The notes under the pieces: model-generated | What the model was told of the DNA's origin: nothing | What the model saw: only the letters and a program-made list of their open reading frames with translations | Databases searched by the model: none | Shown here: in pieces, positions 28,069 to 38,100 of the stretch | How the letters are laid out: each line of letters starts with the position of its first letter | Position numbering within the stretch: position 1 is the first letter of the stretch | Translations under genes and position numbers: made by a program | NCBI GenBank assembly: GCA_001820095.1 | Contig: MHOO01000008.1 | Span: 8,597-72,596 of the forward strand | Reading direction: 5' to 3' | Length of the DNA: 64,000 nucleotides | Source: Candidatus Staskawiczbacteria bacterium RIFCSPHIGHO2_01_FULL_39_25 | GTDB lineage: Bacteria > Patescibacteriota > Minisyncoccia > Minisyncoccales > Staskawiczbacteraceae

Positions 28069-29169
28069 ATGATTTCTAAAAAGAAAAAAATCCTTATTAT
28101 TTCCATGACCGGAGGGTTCGGCCACCTGCGGGCCGGCCAAGCCCTCTTTGATTATGCAAAAGAAAATTTGCCTGATATAGAGCCCGAGCATATTGATATT
28201 GCGAGCATTAACCCTTCTCTCAAAAAATTCACCATAAAAGCGTATGATTTTATCAGTAGAAAAATTCCTTTTATCTGGGGAGGGGTATATAACCTCTTTG
28301 ACGTAAAGCCGATTGCCTCGGCCTTTAAAAAAATAGGAATGGTAAACTGGTCGCTTAAAGAGAATGTGGAAAACTACCTCTATAGCAAGAAACCCGATGG
28401 CATTATATTCACCAATGTGGTACCTCTGCCTTTTATAGCTAAAGATTGCCGCAAAATGTTTCCGAATATCAAAATGGGATTAGTGGTTACCGATTACCAT
28501 GGCCATTCTTATTATTATTTTACTTTCATTGATTATTACTTTGTCGCCAATGCCCAAGTGGCAAGCGATTTAGAGAAAGTTGGAATTGCCAAAGAGAAAA
28601 TTGTGGTTACGGGCATTCCCATAGATCCCAAGTTTTATCTAGAACATAATATTCAAGGCTTAAAATTGAAATATGGCATAAAAAATAATTTTCCGGTTGC
28701 ATTATTAATGGCATCGTTTAAAATATCAAAAAAAGACCTAATTGCCCTTGTAAAAAAACTTTTGAGCCATACGCCGGAGATTAATGTAATATTCATTGCC
28801 AATGGAAATAATGAACTTTATGAGTCTGTAAAAAATATATTTTTTGGCGCCGAAAGATTTTTAGCCGTTAAGTGGACGGATGCCATAGAAGAGTATATGA
28901 CAATATCAGACGTAGTCATAAGCAAGGCGGGCGGGTTAACCGTTTCAGAATGCGTAACTTTGAAAAAACCCATGATCATGGTAAATCCCATACCGGGCCA
29001 AGAGGAATACAATGCAGAATATGTTAAAAAAAATAACTTTGGAGTAAAGGTAGAAAAGCTAAGTGAAATTACGGAATTATTGTCTAAAATCCTTTCTGAA
29101 AAAAATAACCAACCAGAGCTTTTGCTAAAAGAAAACCCTTCTAAAAAGATATTCCAATATTTTGAGTAA
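28069..29169 (+). CDS. Diacylglycerol glycosyltransferase (MGDG synthase / UgtP-like, GT28)
   Basis: GGFGHLRAGQAL at the N-terminus and ISKAGGLTVSEC..PIPGQEEYNA at the C-terminus. Confidence 0.75.
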   Translation: MISKKKKILIISMTGGFGHLRAGQALFDYAKENLPDIEPEHIDIASINPSLKKFTIKAYDFISRKIPFIWGGVYNLFDVKPIASAFKKIGMVNWSLKENVENYLYSKKPDGIIFTNVVPLPFIAKDCRKMFPNIKMGLVVTDYHGHSYYYFTFIDYYFVANAQVASDLEKVGIAKEKIVVTGIPIDPKFYLEHNIQGLKLKYGIKNNFPVALLMASFKISKKDLIALVKKLLSHTPEINVIFIANGNNELYESVKNIFFGAERFLAVKWTDAIEEYMTISDVVISKAGGLTVSECVTLKKPMIMVNPIPGQEEYNAEYVKKNNFGVKVEKLSEITELLSKILSEKNNQPELLLKENPSKKIFQYFE

Positions 29170-29180
29170 TTTGAGGCGCA

Positions 29181-29213
29181 TTGAACGGCTACCACGCCGT
29201 GGTAGCCGTTCAA
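29181..29213. repeat. Family-B palindromic element, copy 2 (intergenic)
   Basis: TTGAACGGCTACCACG-c-CGTGGTAGCCGTTCAA. The outer stem is TTGAAC/GTTCAA, versus TTCAAC/GTTGAA in copy 1. Confidence 0.9.
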
Positions 29214-29244
29214 ATTTCAAAATTCAAATTTAAAATTCAGAAAT

Positions 29245-30537
29245 ATGTACGATTTACCGCAATTTAATTTCAATAGTTTTAAGGAAAAAGCTTCTCAAAT
29301 TTTACATAATAAAATTTTACAGGCTCTTGTTTTGGTAGCCATTATTATTATTGCAATCGGTTTTTCCGTAGGAACAATATCGGTAGATCGGGTAAAAAAA
29401 GAAGTGAATGCCCTTTTCTTAAGGATAGAAAAGAATCTGCCATTTGCCGATGAAAAAGGAGTCCAGGATGAAAAATACATTTCACATGTTTCTTATGAGC
29501 AGGCGATCATAGATTCAGTAAGGTCCGCTTCGCCTTCGGTAGTAAGTATTATTATATCCAAAAATCTTCCGGTATACGAAGAACAATTTATAAATCCATT
29601 TGAAGATTTCCCTGGGTTTGGGCCTCCTAATTTTCAAATTCCCCAGTATATTGAAAAAGGCACAAAATTACAGGAAGTAGGAGCTGGTTCTGGGTTTATT
29701 GTTTCAGAAGATGGCTTGATTTTAACCAATAAGCATGTAGTGTCGGATAAAAAGGCAGATTACACCGTTATCACCAATGATAGCCAGAAGTATTCTGCCA
29801 AAGTGTTAGCATTAGATCCGGTCCAAGACCTGGCGATTATAAAAATCCAGAGCGATAAAAAGTTTCCTGCCATAAAAATCGGCGACTCTTCGGGCATCCA
29901 GATTGGCCAGGGCGCTATTGCCATTGGAAACGCCTTGGGCCAATTCAGCAATACGGTTTCGGTGGGAGTGGTTTCCGGCCTTGGGAGAACGGTTAGCGCC
30001 TCTGACCAACTGGGGACATTTTCTGAAACGCTTGAAGGCATTATTCAAACCGATGCGGCTATTAATGCGGGAAATTCAGGGGGGCCGCTTATAAATTTAA
30101 GGGGAGAGGTAATAGGCGTTAATACGGCCATGGCGCAAGGGGCTCAATCAATTGGATTTGCCATACCCATTAATATCGCTAAAAAAGATATAGAGCAGAT
30201 CATAAAAACTAATAAGATAGTGTATCCATTTTTAGGGGTGCGGTATGTGTTAGTAGATTCAAATGTGAAAAGCAAATACAATTTGCCGGTAGATTATGGC
30301 GCACTTATTTTGGCCGGCACTGATGGAGAACCGGCCATTACGCCAGATTCGGCTGCAAAGAAAGCTGGCTTGAAAGAAGAAGATTTAATTTTAGAATTTA
30401 ATTCAGAAAAAATAACTCAAGAGAATTCAATGTCAAAAATCATTGTAAAATATAATCCGGGGGATAAGGTTATCTTAAAAGTATTGCGCGACGGCAAAGA
30501 AATAAACATAGAGGTGATTCTGGGTGAAAGAAGCTAG
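29245..30537 (+). CDS. htrA: HtrA/DegP-family serine protease with PDZ domain
   Basis: The triad context is intact: TNKHV, DLAIIKI, GNSGGPL. It has an N-terminal TM and a C-terminal PDZ-like region. Confidence 0.9.
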   Translation: MYDLPQFNFNSFKEKASQILHNKILQALVLVAIIIIAIGFSVGTISVDRVKKEVNALFLRIEKNLPFADEKGVQDEKYISHVSYEQAIIDSVRSASPSVVSIIISKNLPVYEEQFINPFEDFPGFGPPNFQIPQYIEKGTKLQEVGAGSGFIVSEDGLILTNKHVVSDKKADYTVITNDSQKYSAKVLALDPVQDLAIIKIQSDKKFPAIKIGDSSGIQIGQGAIAIGNALGQFSNTVSVGVVSGLGRTVSASDQLGTFSETLEGIIQTDAAINAGNSGGPLINLRGEVIGVNTAMAQGAQSIGFAIPINIAKKDIEQIIKTNKIVYPFLGVRYVLVDSNVKSKYNLPVDYGALILAGTDGEPAITPDSAAKKAGLKEEDLILEFNSEKITQENSMSKIIVKYNPGDKVILKVLRDGKEINIEVILGERS

Positions 30538-30561
30538 TGCTACTACTCGCTATTATAATAA

Positions 30562-30588
30562 AAAAGCAGATACTAAGTATCTGCTTTT
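30562..30588. terminator. Bidirectional terminator
   Basis: AAAAGCAGATACT-a-AGTATCTGCTTTT. Confidence 0.7.
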
Positions 30589-30591
30589 GAA

Positions 30592-30723
30592 TTAAGGAGC
30601 GTCTTTTTCTTTTTTATGTAAGTCATTTTCTGACCGATTGCTGATCCTGATTAACATATAAATAACAATGGGAATCACTATCTGTGTTAAAAGTAAAAAA
30701 GTGATCAAAAATAATAAAGTCAT
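30592..30723 (-). CDS. Unlisted small hydrophobic protein (43 aa): MTLLFLITFLLLTQIVIPIVIYMLIRISNRSENDLHKKEKDAP
   Basis: Hand translation. GAGGGGGGAA ribosome-binding site directly upstream of the ATG at 30723. One TM helix with a basic/acidic tail. The ORF ends at the terminator. Confidence 0.4.
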   Translation of the reverse strand: MTLLFLITFLLLTQIVIPIVIYMLIRISNRSENDLHKKEKDAP

Positions 30724-30893
30724 TTCCCCCCTCTTTTTGTGAAAGGACTATGAGTGTGTTCAAAGTAATTGTATAAAATAGGCTTAGTAAGTCAAGAATT
30801 TGCCGTGTATTTCGTCATCTATGTTAAATAAAATGCCACTTGATTTATAGTGTCATTTAAGGTAAAGTAAGAGTGTAAAAATTTATTAAATGT

Positions 30894-33608
30894 ATGAACG
30901 GAGGAGGAGCAAATTTTACTAATAAGGCCCAGGATGCAATATTGTCAGCGCAATCCATTGCGCAAGAGAGGGGCCAGCAACAAATAGATGCTTTGCATCT
31001 GCTTTACGCTTTGCTTTCCCAGGAAAACTCGGTGGTTTTGACGATCATGCAGAAGTTGGGGGTTGATGTTGATAACCTGAAAAAGAAGGTAGAGTCTCAA
31101 ATATCAAAAATTGCAACCATCTTAACCCCTACTGCTTTCGGCCAGTTTTATTTAACGCAGGACATGGCCAAGGTATTGGAAAGGGCGCGCCAGGAATCTA
31201 TGAAAATGCAAGATGATTTTATTTCCGTAGAGCATCTGTTTTTGGCATTGCTGGATACCAAATCAATGGCTAAGGATGTGCTGGAAAAAATAAACTTTTT
31301 AAGTTCTGGAGCTGATGCGAACACTTTGAAATCAGCAAAACTGGATTATGAGTCCGTCTTAAAAATTTTATCCCAGATCAGGGGAGGCCAGAAAATTACC
31401 GATCCCGAGCCCGAGTCTAAGTACCAGGTCATTGAAAAATATACCAGGAATTTAACTGATTTAGCTGCGGCAGGAAAAATTGACCCCATTATCGGCAGGG
31501 ATAATGAAATACGAAGGTTAATGCAGATTATTTCCCGCAGGACAAAAAATAATCCGGTGCTTATCGGGGAGGCCGGGGTAGGAAAAACTGCGATTGTTGA
31601 AGGGTTTGCCCAACGGATTGCCAGGGGAAATGTACCTGAATTTTTAAAAAACAAAGAAGTGATTTCTTTGGATTTAGGAGCGATTATTGCCGGCACCAAG
31701 TATCGCGGAGAATTTGAAACAAGAATCAAGGCTTTATTAAAAGAAATAGGCAGGGCTTCAGATAAATACGTACTGTTTATAGACGAACTTCATACGCTGG
31801 TCGGGGCGGGAGCCGCAGAAGGGGCCATTGATGCCTCTAATTTGCTAAAACCCGCGTTGGCCCGCGGCGAACTTCGGGCTGTCGGGGCTACGACACTCAA
31901 AGAATACCAGAAATACATTGAAAAAGATCCTGCCCTTGAAAGGAGGTTCCAGCCCATTTATGTGCAAGAGCCTTCCACTGAAGACGCTACCGCTATTTTA
32001 CGGGGCATTAAAGAAAAGTACGAAGTCCATCATGGGGTAAGGATAAAAGATTCCGCAATTAAGGCAGCCGTTGAATTAAGCTCCCGCTACATTTCTGACC
32101 GGTTTCTGCCTGACAAAGCAGTTGACTTAATGGATGAAGCGGCTTCCGCGCTGCGGCTGGAAATTGAATCAGAGCCCCAGGAACTGGAAAAATACGAGGA
32201 GGAAATCACCAAATTGGAAATTGAAAAACAAGCGCTCAAAAAAGAAAAAGATTCTGAAAGGAGGTTAAAGGCTATTGCAAGGGAATTAGCTGACATTAAA
32301 GAGAAAACCAAAGAGCTTTCGGCAAAATGGAATGCGGAAAAAGAGCTGATTAATAAAATAAAGGGCATCAGGGAAAAAATTAATGCTTTGTCTTACCAGA
32401 CAGAAATTGCCCAACGGGAAGCTGACTTGGAAAAAGTGGCTGAAATAAAGTATGGAAAAATTCCACAGCTTCTCAAAGAGCAGAAACTGGTTGAACAAAA
32501 ACTGATTAAATTGCAAAAGACCCACCATTTCTTAAAGGAAGAAGTTACTGAAGAAGATGTTGCCAGAGTGGTATCGCGCTGGACCGGTATTCCCGTGATG
32601 CGATTAATCACTGAAGAAGCCAAAAAACTGGAAACTATGGAAGGGACATTAAATAGGAGAGTCATAGGCCAGGAAGAAGCCATTAGCGCTATTTCACGGG
32701 CCATACGGCGGGCAAGGGCCGGCATTTCAGAAGAAAATAAGCCGTTGGGGTCATTCTTGTTTTTGGGCCCTACGGGCGTGGGAAAAACAGAAACCGCGCG
32801 GGCTTTAGCAGAGTTTTTATTTGACGATGAAAGGGCCATGATACGGCTGGATATGTCAGAGTACATGGAGCGCCACACTGTTTCTAAAATTATCGGTTCG
32901 CCTCCAGGATATGTGGGCTATGAAGAGGCTGGCCAGCTTACTGAAAAGGTGCGAAGAAGGCCTTATTCGGTGATTTTACTTGATGAAATAGAGAAAGCCC
33001 ATTCGGAGGTGTTTAATATCCTTTTGCAGATTTTTGAAGATGGCAGGCTTACGGATTCAAAAGGCAGAATGGTCTCGTTTAAAAATACCATTATTATTAT
33101 GACGTCCAATGTGGGGTCAGATTATATCAACAAAATGTCTTCCATTGGTTTTAATACCAAATATGAAATTGCCGAACGCGAATCTATGAAAGACAAGATA
33201 ATGGATTCCTTAAAAGACCAATTCAGGCCGGAATTTTTAAATAGAATTGATGAAATTGTGATATTTAATTACTTAAAGAAAGAAGAAATTAAGAGAATTG
33301 TTGACTTGGAGCTGTCAAAAGTGGAAAAGCGGCTGGGCGCAAAAGAAATTAGCATTAATATTACCGAAAAAGCCAAAGATTTCTTGGCAAAAGAGGGTTT
33401 CGATCCAAACTTGGGGGCAAGGCCGTTAAAGCGGGTCATCCAGCGGTTAATTCTTGATCCCTTATCCATTAAAATTGTTACTAATGAAATTGCCGAAGGC
33501 AGCAGAATTATCATTGATGAAAAGAATGGGAAAATAGCGTTTGAAACGCCAAAATTGTTGCCAAAAATCAAAGAGCCGGAAAAAATAGGGGGAAGAAAAA
33601 ATAACTAA
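30894..33608 (+). CDS. clpB: ATP-dependent chaperone ClpB
   Basis: Two AAA+ modules ([18 protein letters not shown]), a long middle coiled coil and a Clp N-domain. Confidence 0.95.
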   Translation: MNGGGANFTNKAQDAILSAQSIAQERGQQQIDALHLLYALLSQENSVVLTIMQKLGVDVDNLKKKVESQISKIATILTPTAFGQFYLTQDMAKVLERARQESMKMQDDFISVEHLFLALLDTKSMAKDVLEKINFLSSGADANTLKSAKLDYESVLKILSQIRGGQKITDPEPESKYQVIEKYTRNLTDLAAAGKIDPIIGRDNEIRRLMQIISRRTKNNPVLIGEAGVGKTAIVEGFAQRIARGNVPEFLKNKEVISLDLGAIIAGTKYRGEFETRIKALLKEIGRASDKYVLFIDELHTLVGAGAAEGAIDASNLLKPALARGELRAVGATTLKEYQKYIEKDPALERRFQPIYVQEPSTEDATAILRGIKEKYEVHHGVRIKDSAIKAAVELSSRYISDRFLPDKAVDLMDEAASALRLEIESEPQELEKYEEEITKLEIEKQALKKEKDSERRLKAIARELADIKEKTKELSAKWNAEKELINKIKGIREKINALSYQTEIAQREADLEKVAEIKYGKIPQLLKEQKLVEQKLIKLQKTHHFLKEEVTEEDVARVVSRWTGIPVMRLITEEAKKLETMEGTLNRRVIGQEEAISAISRAIRRARAGISEENKPLGSFLFLGPTGVGKTETARALAEFLFDDERAMIRLDMSEYMERHTVSKIIGSPPGYVGYEEAGQLTEKVRRRPYSVILLDEIEKAHSEVFNILLQIFEDGRLTDSKGRMVSFKNTIIIMTSNVGSDYINKMSSIGFNTKYEIAERESMKDKIMDSLKDQFRPEFLNRIDEIVIFNYLKKEEIKRIVDLELSKVEKRLGAKEISINITEKAKDFLAKEGFDPNLGARPLKRVIQRLILDPLSIKIVTNEIAEGSRIIIDEKNGKIAFETPKLLPKIKEPEKIGGRKNN

Positions 33609-33622
33609 TGATACTTTGAATT

Positions 33623-34336
33623 ATGATAAAATTTATCTTTACTACTATTTGGGCTTTTATTGTCGGAGTTCTTGGAGCTCTGGTGTTTGTGGTATTTTTG
33701 CTGCCATATCTGTTAACAGATTCTTCCTTTGAAAATTTCCAGTTTGTGAAGGATTTTAAAGAAGGTAAAATAGTCGTCAATCAAAAAGAGAGCATATATA
33801 TCCAGGAAAATTTTGCCATAGAGGAAGCTATAAAAAGGGTTGATACATCAGTAGTAACCATCCAAAGCTCGGCTTTTGGATTAAGATCCGGGCTGATTGT
33901 CACTTCAGATGGATTAGTGGTAACGCTGGCGAATGCAATTCCTCTGAATGGCAATTTTAAAGTTTTTTTGGAGGGCGAATCGGTAGCATTTACGGTGGTA
34001 AAGGTAGATTCTAAAAATAATCTGGCGCTGCTGAAAATTGACAAAAATAACCTGCAGACGGTTGGGTTTGCCAATATTGATAAGGTACGTTTAGGCCAAA
34101 AGGTTTTTCTCTTGGCTTCTATGTCAACAGCTCAGGATAATTGGATTGCCAATGAGGGGATTATACGGAAAATGAACGAAAATAGCATACAAACCAGCAT
34201 TACTGAAAGCAAAGTTGTGGTTGGGGGGCCGTTATTTAATGCTTCTGGCGAATTAGTCGGATTAAATTTTATTGATGCAGAAGGAAAAATTTCAGCAATC
34301 CCCATAAATAAAATCCAAAGCTTGCTAGGCCTATAA
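33623..34336 (+). CDS. Membrane-anchored HtrA/trypsin-like protein with all three catalytic residues substituted (pseudoprotease)
   Basis: Aligned by eye to the htrA at 29245: TNKHVV->TLANAI, QDLAIIKI->NNLALLKI, GNSGGPL->VVVGGPL. Confidence 0.6.
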   Translation: MIKFIFTTIWAFIVGVLGALVFVVFLLPYLLTDSSFENFQFVKDFKEGKIVVNQKESIYIQENFAIEEAIKRVDTSVVTIQSSAFGLRSGLIVTSDGLVVTLANAIPLNGNFKVFLEGESVAFTVVKVDSKNNLALLKIDKNNLQTVGFANIDKVRLGQKVFLLASMSTAQDNWIANEGIIRKMNENSIQTSITESKVVVGGPLFNASGELVGLNFIDAEGKISAIPINKIQSLLGL

Positions 34337-34359
34337 TTACAGACTCCCGGAGTCTGTAA
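34337..34359 (+). terminator. Terminator hairpin (first of three consecutive hairpins up to 34460)
   Basis: TTACAGACTCC-c-GGAGTCTGTAA. Next comes ATCCACATA-tt-TATGTGGAT+TTTT (34365-34388), then AACCAATG..CATTGGTT+T-run (34427-34460). Confidence 0.6.
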
Positions 34360-34508
34360 AAGTTATCCACATATTTATGTGGATTTTTGTTGCATGAAAT
34401 TATAAAATAAAATAGTAAGGTTTTTGAACCAATGCGCTTATACGCCATTGGTTTGTTTTTTAAGATTATATAGATCGCTACTGCAATTTATATTATTTAC
34501 TCATAATT

Positions 34509-35138
34509 ATGAAAAAAATATTTACTATAGTGCTTTGGGTAATCATAGGATGTATTATCGTATTTACCGGGTTTGCATTGCTAGGGTTTTGGCGCCAGCA
34601 GGATCTTAAAAAGACAGCTGATGCCGTTGAACGTATAAATTCCAGGAAGATTACATTAGATGATGTAATGGGAAAGAATTTGCCTTCTCCGCCTGATCAA
34701 ACAGTAAATGATTCAACGGTTGCCGGCATTGATGCAAATAATAACGCTATACGAGACGATGTTGAGCTTGAAATTTTCAAACGATATCCCAATTCGGCAA
34801 GAATAAGAGCAGCAATGTTGCAATATGCCCAGGCTTTACAGTTGGAATTAACCGAAGTTTTCAATTCGGAGACGTTAGTTAAAGTTTTGCAAAAAAGAAG
34901 TTATGCTAGGTCTTGTATTGATCAAACTGGTCCAGAAATAAATTTAAAAAGTTCCCATGAAGAAATATTAAATGATATGAACATTGGTGATAATAGAAAA
35001 AAAGAAATTGATAATCTTGTTATAAATATACATATTCGTGAAAAAAAACAATCTGATGGTTTAAATTATATGACTACTTACTCAATACCATCGGATCAGC
35101 TAGATTGTGATATAAAGTTACTTTCCTTACCTAATTAA
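34509..35138 (+). CDS. Hypothetical membrane-anchored protein (209 aa)
   Basis: N-terminal TM segment and no recognisable motif. Confidence 0.45.
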   Translation: MKKIFTIVLWVIIGCIIVFTGFALLGFWRQQDLKKTADAVERINSRKITLDDVMGKNLPSPPDQTVNDSTVAGIDANNNAIRDDVELEIFKRYPNSARIRAAMLQYAQALQLELTEVFNSETLVKVLQKRSYARSCIDQTGPEINLKSSHEEILNDMNIGDNRKKEIDNLVINIHIREKKQSDGLNYMTTYSIPSDQLDCDIKLLSLPN

Positions 35139-35146
35139 TTGAATAA

Positions 35147-38100
35147 ATGAGAAAGTTTAGTTTTATTGTATTTATCACCCTACTTTTGTTGCCTGTTTTT
35201 GCTTTTGCTGATTGTAGTAATAAGGGTTATACGATTATCTATGTTAATGGAATTTTTACAGATAAAAATATAGCAAGATTAGATAAAGATTCTCTTAAAG
35301 AAAAATTTAAAAAAATTACTAAAAATGATACCGTAAATTTTATTAATGGTTATAACTCTTCTCATTTAGGTGGCATCGGTGATCTCTTAAAATCCACCAT
35401 TCAAGCATATAAAGGAGGAGCTTTGGACTATGATCTTGAAAATATACTAACTCAAATACACGGAGAGCTTGCTACCAGGAAAGTGTTGCTGGTAGGGCAC
35501 TCGCAAGGCACGTTCTATACTAATGCGGCATATGACTATTTAATAAACAATGGAGTCCCAAAGGACTCCATTTCTGTTTATAACGTAGCTACTCCCGCAG
35601 ATGAGGTTGCCGGCGATGGGAATTATGTAACCTCAAGCAATGATAAAGTGATTAATTCAATTGTAAAAGAGATTACAGCCCTTGGATTTGCCAGAAAACC
35701 CTTATCGGCAAATATTGATATTCCTCTTTTGCCCGAAGAAGCAAATGATCCTTTTGCCGGCCATTCTTTAAGCGGAGTATATTTGCAAGGCGCTCCGGAA
35801 CGGGTGATTGGCGACATCCAAAAAGGGCTGGAAAATTTAGCCGACAGTAATGATGGCGCACCATCAGAAGGATGTTTTGATAAGCCAAAAACCACCTTAA
35901 TCCATCAATCCAAAGATGTTGTCTTTAAAGTGGCCGATAAGTCTATAGCTACAGCCCAAGCCGCATATAATTTTGGGCAATCTGCCAAAGAAAAAGTATA
36001 TTTGGCAATCAGTAATTTTGGGGAAAATATTGCTGCCAAAGTAGTCAAAATACTGGATAATTATAATCTTTTTGAGGCTTCAATAAGCTTGGCAGGCAAG
36101 CCATCTGGTAACCAAAATTTACCGAGCGTAGATTTAACCAGCACTCAAAATACGCAAAATATTCAAGATAATAATTCAGGCACCCAGATTATCCAAAATG
36201 AAAATTTGGACGAGCTTTTGGATAATTCAAATGAAACACAAGAAGAAATAGACGATATTTTAGAAAGAATTGATATTCTACAAGCGCAATTAATAAAACA
36301 AAATAGCGTAAGCCTGCCAAATACTGGAAACAATGCGTATACTGATAAAAATTCACCAGTTAACGAAGATAATGAAGCTAAAGAAGCAGAACAATCTAGC
36401 GTATCACTTCCAACGCAAAATGTAGTAACAGCAGCATATGTCGCCAGTAGCGCAAGCAGCGCTGCAAATGTCATATACCCTAAAATTTTAATTTCAGAAG
36501 TGCAAATTGAAGGCTTAGATGATGCTAAACAGGAATTTGTGGAATTGTATAATCCCAACAGCCAAGAGGTTAGCTTAACAGATTGGTATTTGCAGAGAAA
36601 GACAAAAACGGGGTCTAGTTATGCAACATTTGCCTCAAATACCTTATTTTCTGGCAAGAAGATACGCGCCAATAGCTACTTTTTAATTGCCCGGGAAGGT
36701 TCAAGTTTTGCAAGCCAGGCGGATATTATCATAGATAACCCGCTGACCGAAGATAATAGTTTAATTTTAAAAAATCCCGGCGGGGAAATTGCTGACAAAG
36801 TAGGCTGGGGCCAAGCCCAAGAGTATGAATTATTACCGTTTCAAAATCCAATTCCCGGAAAAAGCATTGGCAGGCAATTGATTCTGCTTGTAGAGCAGGA
36901 TACTGATAATAATTCAATAGACTTTTTAATTAATAGCCCGACTCCAAAGGCAAATAATACTGCTTATGTGGCTCCGCTTATTATCACTGATAATACTACT
37001 ACTATTGAAGCAAAAGATGAAAAAGCGCCCCAAGCGGTATTTACAGTTGATGAAATCCAAAAGAATATTGCTTTTACCATACATTTTGAAATTACCGATC
37101 CTGTTGGCACCGTAACGCCGTCAGGCATTTATAGCTATATATTTAGATGGAAATTAGAAGGAGGCAGCTGGCAAGAAGAGCCCTCAACGCATGTTAATAA
37201 TAATCCGTCAGTCTTTTCAGGGGCCAGAGATTTCATAGGAGACGATGAAAAAAGTTATTACTTTCAAGTAAAAGCAAAGGACCTAGCCGGAAATGAATCA
37301 GACTGGCAGTCGGAAACGCCAGTAGCAGTAAAAATTAGCATCTCAAAGAAAATTTTAATTAACGAAATTCAAACCGCGGGAGTTACTACCAAGGATGAAT
37401 TTATTGAATTGTATAATCCCAATGGAGTAGATATAAATTTGGCAGGTTTTAGTTTAAAAAAGAAAACTTCCGGCGGCGCGGAAAGCAATTTGGTAAGCGT
37501 AAGCGCCTTTTTAGGCACAATAAAAGCTTTTGGATATTTTCTGGTTGCTCCAGAGGCAGATGATAACGGCACTGAAAATTATACGGGTTTGGCAGCCCCT
37601 GATATATACTATTCTGGAAAAACTTTTTCCATAGCTGCAAATAATACGGTTTTGCTTTATGATAATGCTGGCGCTCTCTTAGATAAAGTTGGTTTTGGAA
37701 CAGCAAAAGACTTTGAAACAATTGCCGCCCCAAACCCTGAAACTGGCAAAAGTATTGAGAGGAAAAAACTGGGAGCAGATACCGACAATAACCAGAACGA
37801 CTTTAAAATTTCTGATGAAATTACTCCCAAGGGAACTTTTCCAAAATCTGTTATAGAAGATGCCACTGATTATGCCAATAATCCAAGCAGCAATGTGCCG
37901 GGGGCTCCTGCGTATAGTTTCTTAATTAAGTGGAAAAGCGCAGCTGCTAACATAGATTTTTTCCAGGTTCAATATAAATTAGGCGAGACAGACTGGAAAG
38001 ACTGGCTGCCATCAACGCCAAAAACAGAAGAATATTTTCAGGGAAATTACTCGCTATTTAATGATAATGTTTACTATTTTAGGGTGGCAGCTACCGATAC

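Noticed and set aside
30724-30893. A heat-shock operator (CIRCE, HAIR or CtsR box) might lie upstream of clpB.
   Set aside because: Only loose resemblances are present (CACTTGA..TAAGAGTG; GGTAAAGTAAGAGTGTAAA). None matches the consensus TTAGCACTC-N9-GAGTGCTAA, CTTGAGT-N7-ACTCAAG or the tandem GGTCAAA.
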